64,000 nt of DNA. It comes from Mobula hypostoma. Lineage: Eukaryota. The notes beneath the pieces were generated by a model. That model was given only the letters and a program-made list of their open reading frames with translations, ran no database searches and was not told the DNA's origin. This document shows positions 49,126 to 60,640 of the stretch, piece after piece. Made by a program: the position numbers and the translations under genes. The DNA lies in NCBI RefSeq assembly GCF_963921235.1, contig NW_026948140.1, forward strand, positions 372,001 through 436,000. The letters run 5' to 3'. Numbering within the stretch: the stretch's first letter is position 1; each line of letters opens with the position of its first letter.

Positions 49126-52100
49126 TGGAGAATGATCACTTTGGTTCCAGTGATCATAACACCATTAGTTTCAATTTGATCATGGACAAGGATAGATCTG
49201 GTCCTAGGGTTGAGGTTCTGAACTGGAAGAAGGCCAAATTTGGAGAAATGAGGAAGGATCTAAAAAGCGTGGATTGGGACAGGTTGTTCTCTGGCAAAGA
49301 TGTGATTGGTAGGTGGGAAGCCTTCAAATGGGAAATTTTGAGAGTGCAGAGTTTGTATGTTCCTGTCAGGATTAAAGGCAAATTGAATAGGAATAAGGAA
49401 CCTTGGTTCTCAAGGGATATTGCAACTCTGATAAAGAAGAAGAGGGAGTTGTATGAAATGTATAGGAAACAGGGAGTAAATCAGGTGCTTGAGCAGTATA
49501 AGAAGTGCAAGAAAATACTTAAGAAAGTAATCAGGAGGGCTAAAAGAAGACATGAGGTTGCCTTGACAATCAAAGTGAAGGATAATCTGAAGAGCTTTTA
49601 CAGGTATATTAAGAGCAAAAGGATTGTAAGGTCCTCTTGAAGATCAGAGTGGTCGGCTATGTGCGGAACCAAAGAAAATGGGGGAGATCTTAAATAGGTT
49701 TTTTGCGTCTGTATTTACTAAGGAAACTGGCATGAAGTCTATGGAATTGAGGGAATCATGTAGTGAGATAATGGAAACTGTACAGATTGAAAAGGAGGAG
49801 GTGCTTGCTGTCTTGAGGAAAATTAAAGTGGATAAATCCCCGGGACCTGATAGAGTGTTCCCTCGGACCTTGAAGGAGACTAGTGTTGAAATTGCGGGGG
49901 CCCTGGCAGAAATATTTAAAATGTCGCTGTCTACGGGTGAGGTGCCGGAGGATTGGAGAGTGGCTCATGTTGTTCCGTTGTTTAAAAAAGGATCGAAAAG
50001 TAATCCGGGAAATTATAGGCCGGTGAGTTTAACGTCGGTAGTAGGTAAGTTATTGGAGGGAGTACTAAGAGACAGAATCTACAAGCATTTGGATAGACAG
50101 GGACTTATTAGGGAGAGTCAACATGGCTTTGTGCGTGGTAGGTCATGTTTGACCAATCTATTGGAGTTTTTAGAGGAGGTTACCAGGAAAGTGGATGAAG
50201 GGAAGGCAGTGGATATTGTCTACATGGATTTCAGTAAGGCCTTTGACAAGGTCCCGCATGGGAGGTTAGTTAGGAAAATTCAGTCACTAGGTATACATGG
50301 AGAGGTGGTAAATTAGATTAGACATTGGCTCAATGGAAGAAGCCAAAGAGTGGTGGTAGAGAATTGCTTCTCCGAGTGGAGGCCTGTGACTAGTGGTGTG
50401 CCACAGGGATCAGTGCTGGGTCCATTGTTATTTGTCATCTATATCAATGATCTGGAGGATAATGTGGTAAATTGAATCAGCAAATTTGCTGATGATACAA
50501 AGATTGGAGGTGTAGTAGACAGTGAGGAAGGTTTTCAGAGCCTGCGGAGGGACTTGGACCAGCTGGAAAAATGGGCTGAAAAATGGCAGATGGAGTTTAA
50601 TACAGACAAGTGTGAACTTAAAGAGGGGTAACTTTGAAGGTATGAGACGTGAATTAGCTAAGATAGACTGGCAAATGACACTTAAAGGATTGACGGAGGA
50701 TATGCAATGGCAAGCATTTAAAGATTGCATGGATGAACTACAACAATTGTTCATCCCAGTTTGGCAAAAGAATAAATCAAGGAAGGTAGTGCACCCGTGG
50801 CTGACAAGAGAAATTAGGGATAGTATCAATTCCAAAGAAGAAGCATACAAATTAGCCAGAAAAAGTGGCTCACCTGAGGACTGCGAGAAATTCAGAGTTC
50901 AGCAGAGGAGGACAAAGGGCTTAATTAGGAAGGGGAAAAAAGATTGAGAGAAAACTGGCAGGGAACATAAAAACGGACTGTAAAAGTTTTTATAGATATG
51001 TAAAAAGGAAAAGACTGGTAAAGACAAATGTAGGTCCCCTACAGACAGAAACAGGTGAATTGATTATGGGGAGCAAGGACATGGCAGACCAATTCAATAA
51101 TTACTTTGGTTCTGTCTTCACTAAGGAGGACATAAATAATCTTCCAGAAATAGTAGGGGACAGAGGGTCCAGTGAGATGGAGGAACTGAGCGAAATACAT
51201 GTTAGTAGGGAAGTGGTGTTAGGTAAATTGAAGAGATTAAAGGCAGATAAATCCCCAGGGCCAGATGGTCTGCATCCCAGAGTGCTTAAGGAAGTAGCCC
51301 AAGAAATAGTGGATGCATTAGTGATAATTTTTCAAAACTCGTTAGATTCTGGACTAGTTCCTGAGAATTGGAGGGTGGCTAATGTAACCCCACTTTTTAA
51401 AAAAGGAGGGAGAGAGAAACCGGGGAATTATAGACCGGTTAGCCTAACGTCGGTGGTGGGGAAACTGCTGGAGTCAGTTATCAAGGATGTGATAACAGCA
51501 CATTTGGAAAGCGGTGAAATCATCGGACAAAGTCAGCATGGATTTGTGAAAGGAAAATCATGTCCGACGAATTTCATAGAATTTTTTGAGGATGTAACTA
51601 GTAGAGTGGATAGGGGAGAACCAGTGGATGTGGTATATTTGGATTTTCAAAAGGCTTTTGGCAAGGTCCCACACAGGAGATTAGTGTGCAAACTTAAAGC
51701 ACACGGTATTGGGGGTAAGGTATTGATGTGGATAGAGAATTGGTTAGCAGACAGGAAGCAAAGAGTGGGAATAAACGGGACCTTTTCAGAATGGCAGGCA
51801 GTGACTAGTGGGGTACCGCAAGGCTCAGTGCTGGGACCCCAGTTGTTTACAATATATATTAATGACTTGGATGAGGGAATTAAATGCAGCATCTCCAAGT
51901 TTGCGGATGACACGAAGCTGGGTGGCAGTGTTAGGTGTGAGGAGGATGCTAAGAGGATGCAGGGTGACTTGGATAGGTTGGGTGAGTGGGCAAATTCATG
52001 GCAGATGCAATTTAATGTGGATAAATGTGAAGTTATCCACTTTGGTGGCAAAAATAGGAAAACAGATTATTATCTGAATGGTGGCTGATTAGGAAAAGGG

Positions 52101-53612
52101 GAGGTGCAACGAGACCTGGGTGTCATTATACACCAGTCATTGAAAGTGGGAATGCAGGTACAGCAGGCGGTGAAAAAGGCGAATGGTATGCTGGCATTTA
52201 TAGCGAGAGGATTCGAGTACAGGAGCAGGGAGGTACTACTGCAGTTGTACAAGGCCTTGGTGAGACCACACTTGGAGTATTGTGTGCAGTTTTGGTCCCT
52301 AATCTGAGGAAAGACATCCTTGCCATAGAGGGAGTACAAAGAAGGTTCACCAGATTGATTCCTGGGTTGGCAGGACTTTCTTATGAAGAAAGACTAGATG
52401 AACTAGGCTTGTACTCATTGGAATTTAGAAGATTGAGGGGGGATCTGATTGAAACATATAAAATCCTAAAGGGATTGGACAGGCTAGATGCAGGAAGATT
52501 GTTCCTGATGTTGGGGAAGTCCAGAACGAGGGGTCACGGTTTGAGGATAAATGCGAAGCCTTTTAGGACCGAGATTAGGAAAAACTTCTTCACACAGAGA
52601 GTGGTGAATCTGTGGAATTCTCTGCCACAGGAAACAGTTGAGGCCAGTTCATTGGCTATATTTAAGAGGGAGTTAGATATGGCCCTTGTGGCTAAAGGGA
52701 TCAGAGGGTATGGAGGGAAGGCTGGTGCAGGGTTCTGAGTTGGATGATCAGCCATGATCATAGTAAATGGCGGTGCAGGCTCGAAGGGCTGAATGGCCTA
52801 CTCCTGCACCTATTTTCTATGTTTTCTATGTATTGCACGTTGGAAGGACAAACCAAGCTGGAACATACAGGGTTAATGGTAAGGCACTGAGGAGTGCAGT
52901 AGAACAGAGGGATCTGGGAATACAGATACAAAATTCCCTAAAAGTGGCGTCATAAGTAGATAGGGTCATAAAGAGAGCTTTTGGTACATTGGTCTTTATT
53001 AATCAAAGTATTGAGTATAAGAGCTGGAATGTTATGATGAGGTTGTATAAGGCATTGGTGAGGCCGAATCTGGAGTATTGTGTTCAGTTTTGGTCACCAA
53101 ATTATGGGAAGGATATAAATAAGGTTGAAAGAGTGCAGAGAAGGTTTACAAGGATGTTGCCAGGACTTGAGAAACTCAGTTTCAAAGAAAGGTTGAATAG
53201 GTTAGGACTTCATTCTCTGGAGCGTAGAAGAATGAGGGGAGATTTGATAGAGGTATATAAAATTATGATGGGTATAGATAGAGTGAATGCAAGCAGGCTT
53301 TTTCCACTGAGGCAAGGGGAGAAAAAAACCAGAGGACATGGGTTAAGGGTGAGGGGGGAAAAGTTTAAAGGGAACATTAGGGGGGTCTTCTTCACACAGA
53401 GGGTGGTGGGAGTATGGAATGAGCTGCCAGATGAGGTGGTAAATGCGGGTTCTTTATTAACATTTAAGAATAAACTGGACAGATACATGGATGGGAGGTG
53501 TATGGAGGGATATGGTCCGTGTGCAGGTCAGTGGGACTAGGCAGAAAATGGTTCGGCACAGCCAAGAAGGGCCAAAAGACCTGTTTCTGTGCTGTAGTTT
53601 CTATAGTTTCTA
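49126..53612 (+). mobile_element. CR1 (distinct subfamily) split by a young CR1
   Basis: ORFs 49080..50316 and 52989..53540; DKCE / VLHVGRTN rejoin; TTTCTATAG tail. Confidence 0.92.
50613..52830 (+). mobile_element. Young CR1 subfamily copy
   Basis: ORFs 51060..52738 nearly identical to 28638..29831; TTTTCTATG tail. Confidence 0.96.
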
Positions 53613-55063
53613 AGGTTAAGATATACCCCAGGCCACTGTGGGAGGCGAGGGAGGAGATTGCTGAGCCTCTGGCAATGATCTTTGCATCATCAATGAGGAT
53701 GGAAGAGGTTCTAGAGGATTGGAGGGTTGCAGGTGTTGTTCCCTTATTCGAAAAACGGAGTAGAGATAGCCCAGGAAATTATAGACCAGTGTGTCTTTCT
53801 TCAGTGGTTGGTAAGTTGATGGAGAAGATCCTGAGAGGCAAGATTTCTGAACATCTGGAGAGGCATAATATGATTAGGAATAGTCAGCATCATTTTGTCA
53901 AAGGCAAGTCGTGCCTTACGAGCCTGATTGAATTTTTTGAGGATGTGCCTAAACACATTGAAGCTAGAACAGTAGATGTAGTGTATGTGGATTTCAGCAA
54001 GGCATTTGATAAGGTACTCCATGCAAGGTTTATTGAGAAAGTAAGGAGGCATGGGATCCAAGGGGACATTGCTTTTTGGATCCAGAACTGGCTTACCCAG
54101 AGAAGGCAAAGAGTGAATGTCGACGGGTCATATTCTGCATGGTGGTCAGTGCCAGTGGTGTGCCTCAGGGATCTGTTCTGGGACCCCTTATTGATTTTCA
54201 TAAATGACCTGGATGAGGAAGTGGAGGGATGGGTTAGTAAATTTGCTGGTGACATAAATGTTAGGGGTGTTGCAGATAGTGTGGAGGGTTGTCAGAGGTT
54301 ACAGCAGGACATCGATAAGTTGCAACACTGGGCTGAGAAGTGGCAGACAGAGCTCAGCCCAGATAAGTGTTAGGTGGTTCATTCTGGTAATTCAAATATT
54401 TTGGCAGAATATAGTATTAATGGTAAGATCTTGGCGGTGTGGAGGATCACTATGGGATTGAGTTTAAGAGCCGAGAAGTAATGTTGCAGCTATATAGGAC
54501 CCTGGTCAGACCCCAGTGGAGTACTGTGCTCAGTTCTGGTCACCTCACTACAGGATGGATGTGGAAACTATAGAAAGGGTGCAGAGGAGATTTACAAGGA
54601 TGTTGCCTGGATTGGGGAGCATGCCTTATGAGAATAGGTTGAGTGAACTTGGCCTTATCTTCTTGGAGCAACGGAGGATGAGAGGTGACCTGATAGAGGT
54701 TATAAGATGATGAGAGGCATTGACTGTGTGGATAGTTAGAGGCTTTTTCCCAGGGCTAAAATAGCTAATACGAGCGGGCACTGTTTTAAGGTGCTTGGAA
54801 GTAGGTATGGAGGAGTTGTCAAGGGTAAGTTTTTTTTAAAACTCAGAGTGGTGAGTGTGTGGAGTGGTCTGCCAGTGACGGTGGTGGAGACGGATACGAT
54901 AGGGTCCTTTAAGAGTCTCCTGGATAAGTACATGGAGCTTAGAAAAATAGAGGGCTATGTGTAAACTTACGTAATTTCTAAAGTGCATGTTCGGCACAGC
55001 ACTGTGGGCTGAAGGGCCTGTATTGTGCTGTTGGTTTTCTATGTTTCTATGTCTATGTTTCTA

Positions 55064-55450
55064 AGCCCTGGGTCATGAGGGTGACAGGAAAAGCGGCAGA
55101 TGCTGTCTTGTTTGTGCAAGCGAACAATAGCCAGACGTAGATCATGCCAGAAATGAGGTATAGTTAACGTTTTTCTGAGATTGTCCAGCAAGTAGCAAAT
55201 TGAGGAAGTAACTGTAGACATGTCTCTAAATTTGTGCACAGGAACGTTAGTAACTTTGCTGATACCTAACAGGTGATTTGGAACTTGCTGACCAAGTATC
55301 TTTAGCTATTGACTAATGCCCAAAATTTACTGTATAGATCTAAGATGTAACCTGACATTGTCAGAGTTGTAAGACAACGGCTTCCTGTCATCACATAATA
55401 AAGGGTTAAGTATTTACTGAGGTCCGTGTCTTTGTTTCTGTTTCCTAACA
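55064..55450 (+). repeat. Probable LTR 3' portion
   Basis: Non-coding; AATAAA about 50 nt before a …CCTAACA end that abuts CR1 sequence; no second copy seen. Confidence 0.4.
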
Positions 55451-57130
55451 GTAAAGTCTTCACTATGGAAGACACTAACAGTGTGCTAGATGTTGAAGGT
55501 TGTGAGGGAAGAGAAGTGAGTGTAGTTACTATGACAAAGGAGAAGGTGCTGAAAAAGGTGAAAGACCTAAGGGTACATAAGTCACCCAGACCAGATAAAG
55601 TGCACCCGAGGGTTCTGAAAGAGGTAGTGGTAGAGATTGTGGAGGCATTAGTAATGGTCTTTCAAAAGTCATTGGACTCTAGCATGGTGTCAGAGGACTG
55701 GAAAATTGTAAATTTTATTCCACTCTTTAAGAAAGGATGAAGGCAGCAGAAAGGAAATTATAGACCAGTTAGCCTGACCTCAGTAGTTGGAAAAATGTTA
55801 GAGACAATTGTTAAGGATGTGGTTATGGAGTATTTGGTGATACAGGACAAGATAGTACAAAGTCAGCATAGTTTCCTTCAGGGAAAATCCTGCCTGATGA
55901 ACCTGCTGGAATTCTTTGAGGAGATTACAAGTAGGATAAATAAAGGGGATGCAGTGGATGTTGTATATTTGGACTTTCAGAAGGCCTTTGACAAGGTGTC
56001 ACACATGAAGCTGCTTACCAAGTTAAGAGCCCATGATATTACAGTAAAGTTAATAAGATGGTTAGAACATTAGCTGATTGGTAGGAGGCAGCAAGTGGGA
56101 ATAAAAGGATCCTTTTTTGATTGGCTGCAAGTGACTAGTGGGGTTCCACAGCAGTCGTTGTTAGGACTGCTTCTTTTTGTGCTGTATATCATGTTTAAGA
56201 TGTTAGAATAGTTGGCTTTGTTGCCAAGTTTGCAGATGACACAAAGATCATTGGAGCAGCAGGTAGTGTTATGGAAGCAGGTAGGCTGTAGAAGGACGTA
56301 GACAGATTAGAAGAATGGGCAAGAGAGTGGCAAATGAAATACAATGTTGGAAAATGCATGGTCTTGCACTTTGGTGGTAGAAACAATGTGCAGACTATTT
56401 TCTAAATGGGGAGAAAATCCAGAAATCTGAGATGCAAGGGACTTTGGAGTCCTTGTGCATAACACCCTAAAGGTTCACTTGCAGGTAGAGTCAGTGGTGA
56501 GGAAGGCAAATGCCATAAATCATTCACTTCAAGAGGTCTAGAATACAAGAGCAAGGATGTGCTGCTGAGGCTTTATAAGGCACTGGTGAGGCCTCGCCTT
56601 GAGTATTGTGAACAGTTTTGGGTCCCTCATCTTAGAAAAGATGTGCTGGCTTTGAAGAGAGTCCAGAGGAGGTTCACAAGGATGATTCCAGGAATTAAAG
56701 GGTTATCATACAAGGAACATTTGATAGCTCTGGGTCAGCACTTGCTGAAGTTCAGAAGGATGAGGGGGGAATCTCATTGCAACTTTTTGAATGTTGAAAG
56801 GATGTTTCCCATGGTGGGAGAGTCTAGGATAAGAGGGCAGAGCCTCAGAATAGAGAAGAATCTATTTAAAACAGAGATGCAGAGAAATTTCTTTAGTCAG
56901 AGGGTGGTGAATTCATGGAATTTATTACCACAGGCAGCTGTGGAGGGCAGATCATTGGGTGTATTTAAGGCAGAGCTTGATAGATTCTGGATTGGACACA
57001 GCATCAAAGGTTGTGGGGAGAAAGCCGGGGAGTGGGGCTGAGGAGGGGAAAAAGGATTGACCATGATCAAATGGCGGAGGAGACTCAATGGGCCAAATGA
57101 CCTAATTCTGCTCCTATGTCTTATGGTCTA
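55451..57130 (+). mobile_element. CR1 RT region + TCTTATGG tail
   Basis: ORFs 55426..57041. Confidence 0.9.
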
Positions 57131-58025
57131 AAGTCTCTCAGTGACTGGTAACAAAATTCTTTTAAGGTAAAGGAGAGTAAATTCTTTTACAATTTCACAT
57201 TCTAACCTCTTTCTGTAGTTCTGCTGCATTCTAATGATATTGCAATAGCCAATGCCCGTTCTAAGATTAGGTCTCTATCAGACAGTCGCCCTTTTGAGTC
57301 CTTTGATTATGCATGCCACATATAAGCCTGTCCCTTAACGCATCAGAAAGTCCATCTCTGAAGTCATGGTACTGTGAAAGTTTGCACAGTTCTGCAATGT
57401 ATACAGAAATGCTTTCATCTTTTGACTGGTTCCTTTTATAAAATCTAAATCTACCAGCTATTACCAGTGGTTTGGGCTCAAATAATTTTGTAAAATTGTA
57501 ACAATTTCATCAAACATCTTGCTTGCTGGCTTTTCAGGGGTTACTGGGTTGTGTAAGAGACTATGTTCTTAGGTCCATTCAGCCAAGAAGTGTAGGGGCT
57601 TTCTTTTGCTCCTGCACGTTATTCATGTTGTCATACAGTTCAACCCTCTTGATGTATGAGCTAGCCTTCATAAGCATTATCAAATTGTCAATGTACCCAA
57701 CTGAAGCCATCGCCATGTTATTTTCACTTTAAATTCAGCGTGTCTTTCACTGTTACTGTGCTCTGTACTCAGGCCTTTGTTAGCACCTGTGACATTCCTC
57801 TCTGTACTTTTGAACTCTCGCTGTTTCATTCTGTAATTATGCTGTGACTGTCAGTTGAGATTGTGACACTTTCTGACGTTCAGGTTTGTACTCATTCCCA
57901 GTTTGTTGTATCTGTGCACAACTACTTATCAATTAAATAAAAGCACGCATGAGGGAGATAGCTTTAACTGGCGTATGCTCATTGCTGTGAGTGAGAGAGA
58001 AAATAATGTGCACGCATAGACAACA
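57131..58025 (-). mobile_element. Gypsy element 5' end: short LTR (57904-58025), PBS relic, degenerate gag
   Basis: LTR termini TGTTGT…ACAACA; AACTGGGAATGAG follows on minus (cf. common TGGCGACGAG PBS); manual translation from ~57716: SYIKRVELY…EKPASK…EPKPLVIAGRFRFYKRNQSKDESISVYIAELCKLS…LRDRLICG. Confidence 0.85.
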
Positions 58026-58094
58026 GATCAATATGTAGTGCTAAGCGGTGAGCTGGGGTGGGGGTCATTGCTCTAAGAGAAATAGATCCATACA

Positions 58095-58285
58095 TTACAA
58101 TGGACCCAGGACAAGTCCTCTGAAATAATAACATCAAGGAATTCAAATTTGCTCGCCCTCTCCACCTCTGATCCTTTGAGAACTGGCTTTTGACCTCTGG
58201 TTTCCTCCTGCTGAAGTCAGTAATCAGCTTCTTGATCTTGCTGACATTGAGTGTTGTGGCACTACTCAGTCAGATTTTCAATCTG
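58095..58285 (-). mobile_element. Rex1/Babar RT C-terminal scrap
   Basis: Degenerate LNVSKIKKLITDFSRRK…EVER…FLDVIISEDLSW on minus. Confidence 0.7.
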
Positions 58286-59029
58286 CCTGAAGACTGAAAA
58301 GTGACTAATGTTATTCTGTTGTTAATGAAGAGTAGCAATGACAAGCTAGGGACTACAAGCCAGTCATCCTGCCATCACTAGTGGGGAAGTACTAGAGATG
58401 TGAGGGTAAATGGAAGAATCTAGGAGACTGTAGGGAGAATAAAAAAGTGGATTAAAGATAATGGGAGACTGCGGAGGGTGTAGACTTCAAGGACTCAAGG
58501 CCCTGTACATTCCTGCCACTCTGTGACTGTGGGATCTGAGGAAGAAGTTTTTAACCCAGTGGATTTTGGAATCTGGCATGCATGCATGAGTGAATGGTAG
58601 AAGCAAATGCTGTCATAACTTTTAGGAAGTCTTTGGACAAGACTTGAATTCCAAAGGCATAGCTGGCTATGGACCAAGTGCTGGTAAATAGGATTAGTGT
58701 ATAGAATCAGCATGATTTATATGGGCTCAATCACCTGATTCTCTGTTGTATAATCCAAGAGCCAATGAATCTGTGATTCTGTGTCTCCAGCATGTGGGGC
58801 AGGAGTTAACTAAATGGAATGGAATTTAACTAAAACCAGAAGAAAGGTTGAATTCTGTCTCAAAACGAAACTTTAGTTTAGCCCAGGAAAACAATAATGT
58901 CATGAAATTACGCAAGAGTGCATCTTTATTTTATAAAGAAAATTTGATCCCTTGTTTGTTTTGGCTGAATTTGTCTAATGAAGTTGTAATAGATGCTGGA
59001 ACCTGGAGCGAAACAATAACTGCTAGAGG

Positions 59030-59293
59030 CATAGTGGATAGCAGAACACTTTACAGAACCAGTGATCCAATTCAATTCCCACCGCTCGCTGTATGGAGTC
59101 TGTACATTCTTCTCGTGATCACTTCTGGGTGCTCCAGTTTCCTCCTGCAGTCCAAAGACACACTGGTTGGTAGGTTAATTGGTCATAATAAATTGTCTAT
59201 TGATTAGGTGAAGATTAAATTGCTGCGTGGCATGTCTCGAAGAGCCAGAAGGGCCAATTTTGCATTGCGTCTCAACAATTTAAAATAAAAAAA
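59030..59293 (+). mobile_element. tRNA-derived V-SINE (HE1-like) with CR1-like 3' tail
   Basis: A-box-like TAGTGGATAG, B-box-like TTCAATTCCC, V-domain-like GGGTGCTCCAGTTTCCTCC…TCCAAAGAC…GGTAGGTTAATTGG, 3' GCCAGAAGGGCC and A-rich end. Confidence 0.8.
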
Positions 59294-59298
59294 ATTTT

Positions 59299-59793
59299 TA
59301 AACTGTTGGGAGATCTCAGCTGAATCTGACAACTCCTGAGAAACAGCTTGAGGATCACACCTGCATCTGACAGTTTCTAATAAAGTGCTGGAAGATCTGA
59401 ACTGGATCTGACAGCTCCTCAGAAACTTCTAGGGTATCTCAATTGGATTTGACAGCTGCTGAGAAACTGCTGGAGGATCTCACATGAATCAGACCACTGC
59501 TAAGAAACTGCTGGGTATCTGAACTAGATGTGACAGCTCCTGAGAATCAGATGGAAGAACTGAAGTGGATCTGACAGCTCCAAAGGAATTGCTGGAGTAT
59601 CTAAACTGGATCTGACAGCTCCTGTAAAACTGTCAGAGGATCTCAATTGGATCCGACAGCACCTGAGAAACTGCTGTAAAATCTCAATTGGATCTGACAG
59701 CACCTGAGAAACTGCTGTAAAAACTCAGCTGGATCTGACAGCACCTGAGAAACTGCTGTAAAATCTCAGCCAGATCTGACAGCACCTGAGAAA
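59299..59793. repeat. 41-bp minisatellite, about 12 copies
   Basis: Consensus about GAGAAACTGCTGGAGGATCTCAACTGGATCTGACAGCTCCT; GATCTGAC recurs at 59691, 59732, 59773. Confidence 0.93.
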
Positions 59794-59877
59794 GAGTTTT
59801 AACATTCTTGACCCCTACAGATAGTGTTCAACTTACTGAATTCCTTCCTACTCCCCAACTGTCCCCTCACCGCCCGG

Positions 59878-59931
59878 CCATAGATATTGCTCAACCCACT
59901 GTGTTCCTCCAGTAGATTGTTATTTGTTGTA
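59878..59931 (+). mobile_element. Penelope pseudo-LTR scrap (inverted partner at 58990-59029)
   Basis: CATAGATATTGCTCAACCCACTGTGTTCCTCCAG resembles 41993-42030. Confidence 0.6.
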
Positions 59932-59939
59932 AAATGCTC

Positions 59940-60640
59940 CTGATAGAATTTGGCCAAGGGAGAAATGATTAGAAACATCTGGACTCCATACCATTGAATG
60001 GCTGAAATTTGAGCAGTGAGTGGGAACACAGCCAAAGGAATTGCTCAGCTCTTTATCCTCATTTCATGGTAACAAGATTCAACTATATGACAATGTGGAG
60101 ATTTGAGAGACATTTCACTATAACATTCATCTTTTGACACTTCCTCAAAAACACAATCAATTTGTGAGATAGGACCTCCACACACAAAGCTTTTCAGTTC
60201 TCCGGTTCTTCTCCAACCTCCCACTGTTACAGGAATCACTGGCCTATAATTTCCTGCTTTGACTCCATCACCCTTCTTAAACAAAAGAACAACATTGGCG
60301 ATTTTCAAATCTTCTGATATTTTGTGTGTGACTAAAGAGGATTGTGATTTTATAATCTTCCTAAAGTCATTTCTCAGCCTCCTACCCACCAGGTTCTAGC
60401 CTATCAGCATGCTCTAGATTTTCAACATTTAGAAAGTTCTCACCTCCTCGATCTCACCCACGTTCTTTCCCTTGGTGAATAAGTCTTTTCAGTGAGGAAC
60501 TCACCAATTTCCTTTGGCTTCTATCATAACTTCCCTCTTTTGTCATTTAGTGAATTTAACCTTCACAAATTACTCCCTTGATTTAAATATACATATAAAA
60601 TGGCTTGGGAGTCTCCTTAATTCCACTTCCAATCACATTT
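59940..60640 (-). mobile_element. Very old CR1 fragments
   Basis: EDLKIANVVLLFKKG…NYRPV in ORF 60045..60389. Confidence 0.65.

Larger units (their letters stand above)
46950..55063 (+). mobile_element. Near full-length CR1 (ORF1 esterase, APE, RT, tail) hosting nested insertions
   Basis: VIGDSIVRG and VHI.TN (ORF1), ORF 47768..48610 APE, breaks at ~49125 in the KSPG.DG motif and resumes at ~53613 with IYPR.LWEAREEIA; TTTCTATG tail at 55035-55063. Confidence 0.9.

Noticed and set aside
59030..59100. tRNA gene
   Set aside because: Only decayed A/B-box-like motifs of a SINE head; no complete cloverleaf seen
59299..59793. Regularly spaced repeats as a CRISPR array
   Set aside because: Units are contiguous 41-bp tandem copies with no unique spacers, no cas genes, and the context is eukaryotic
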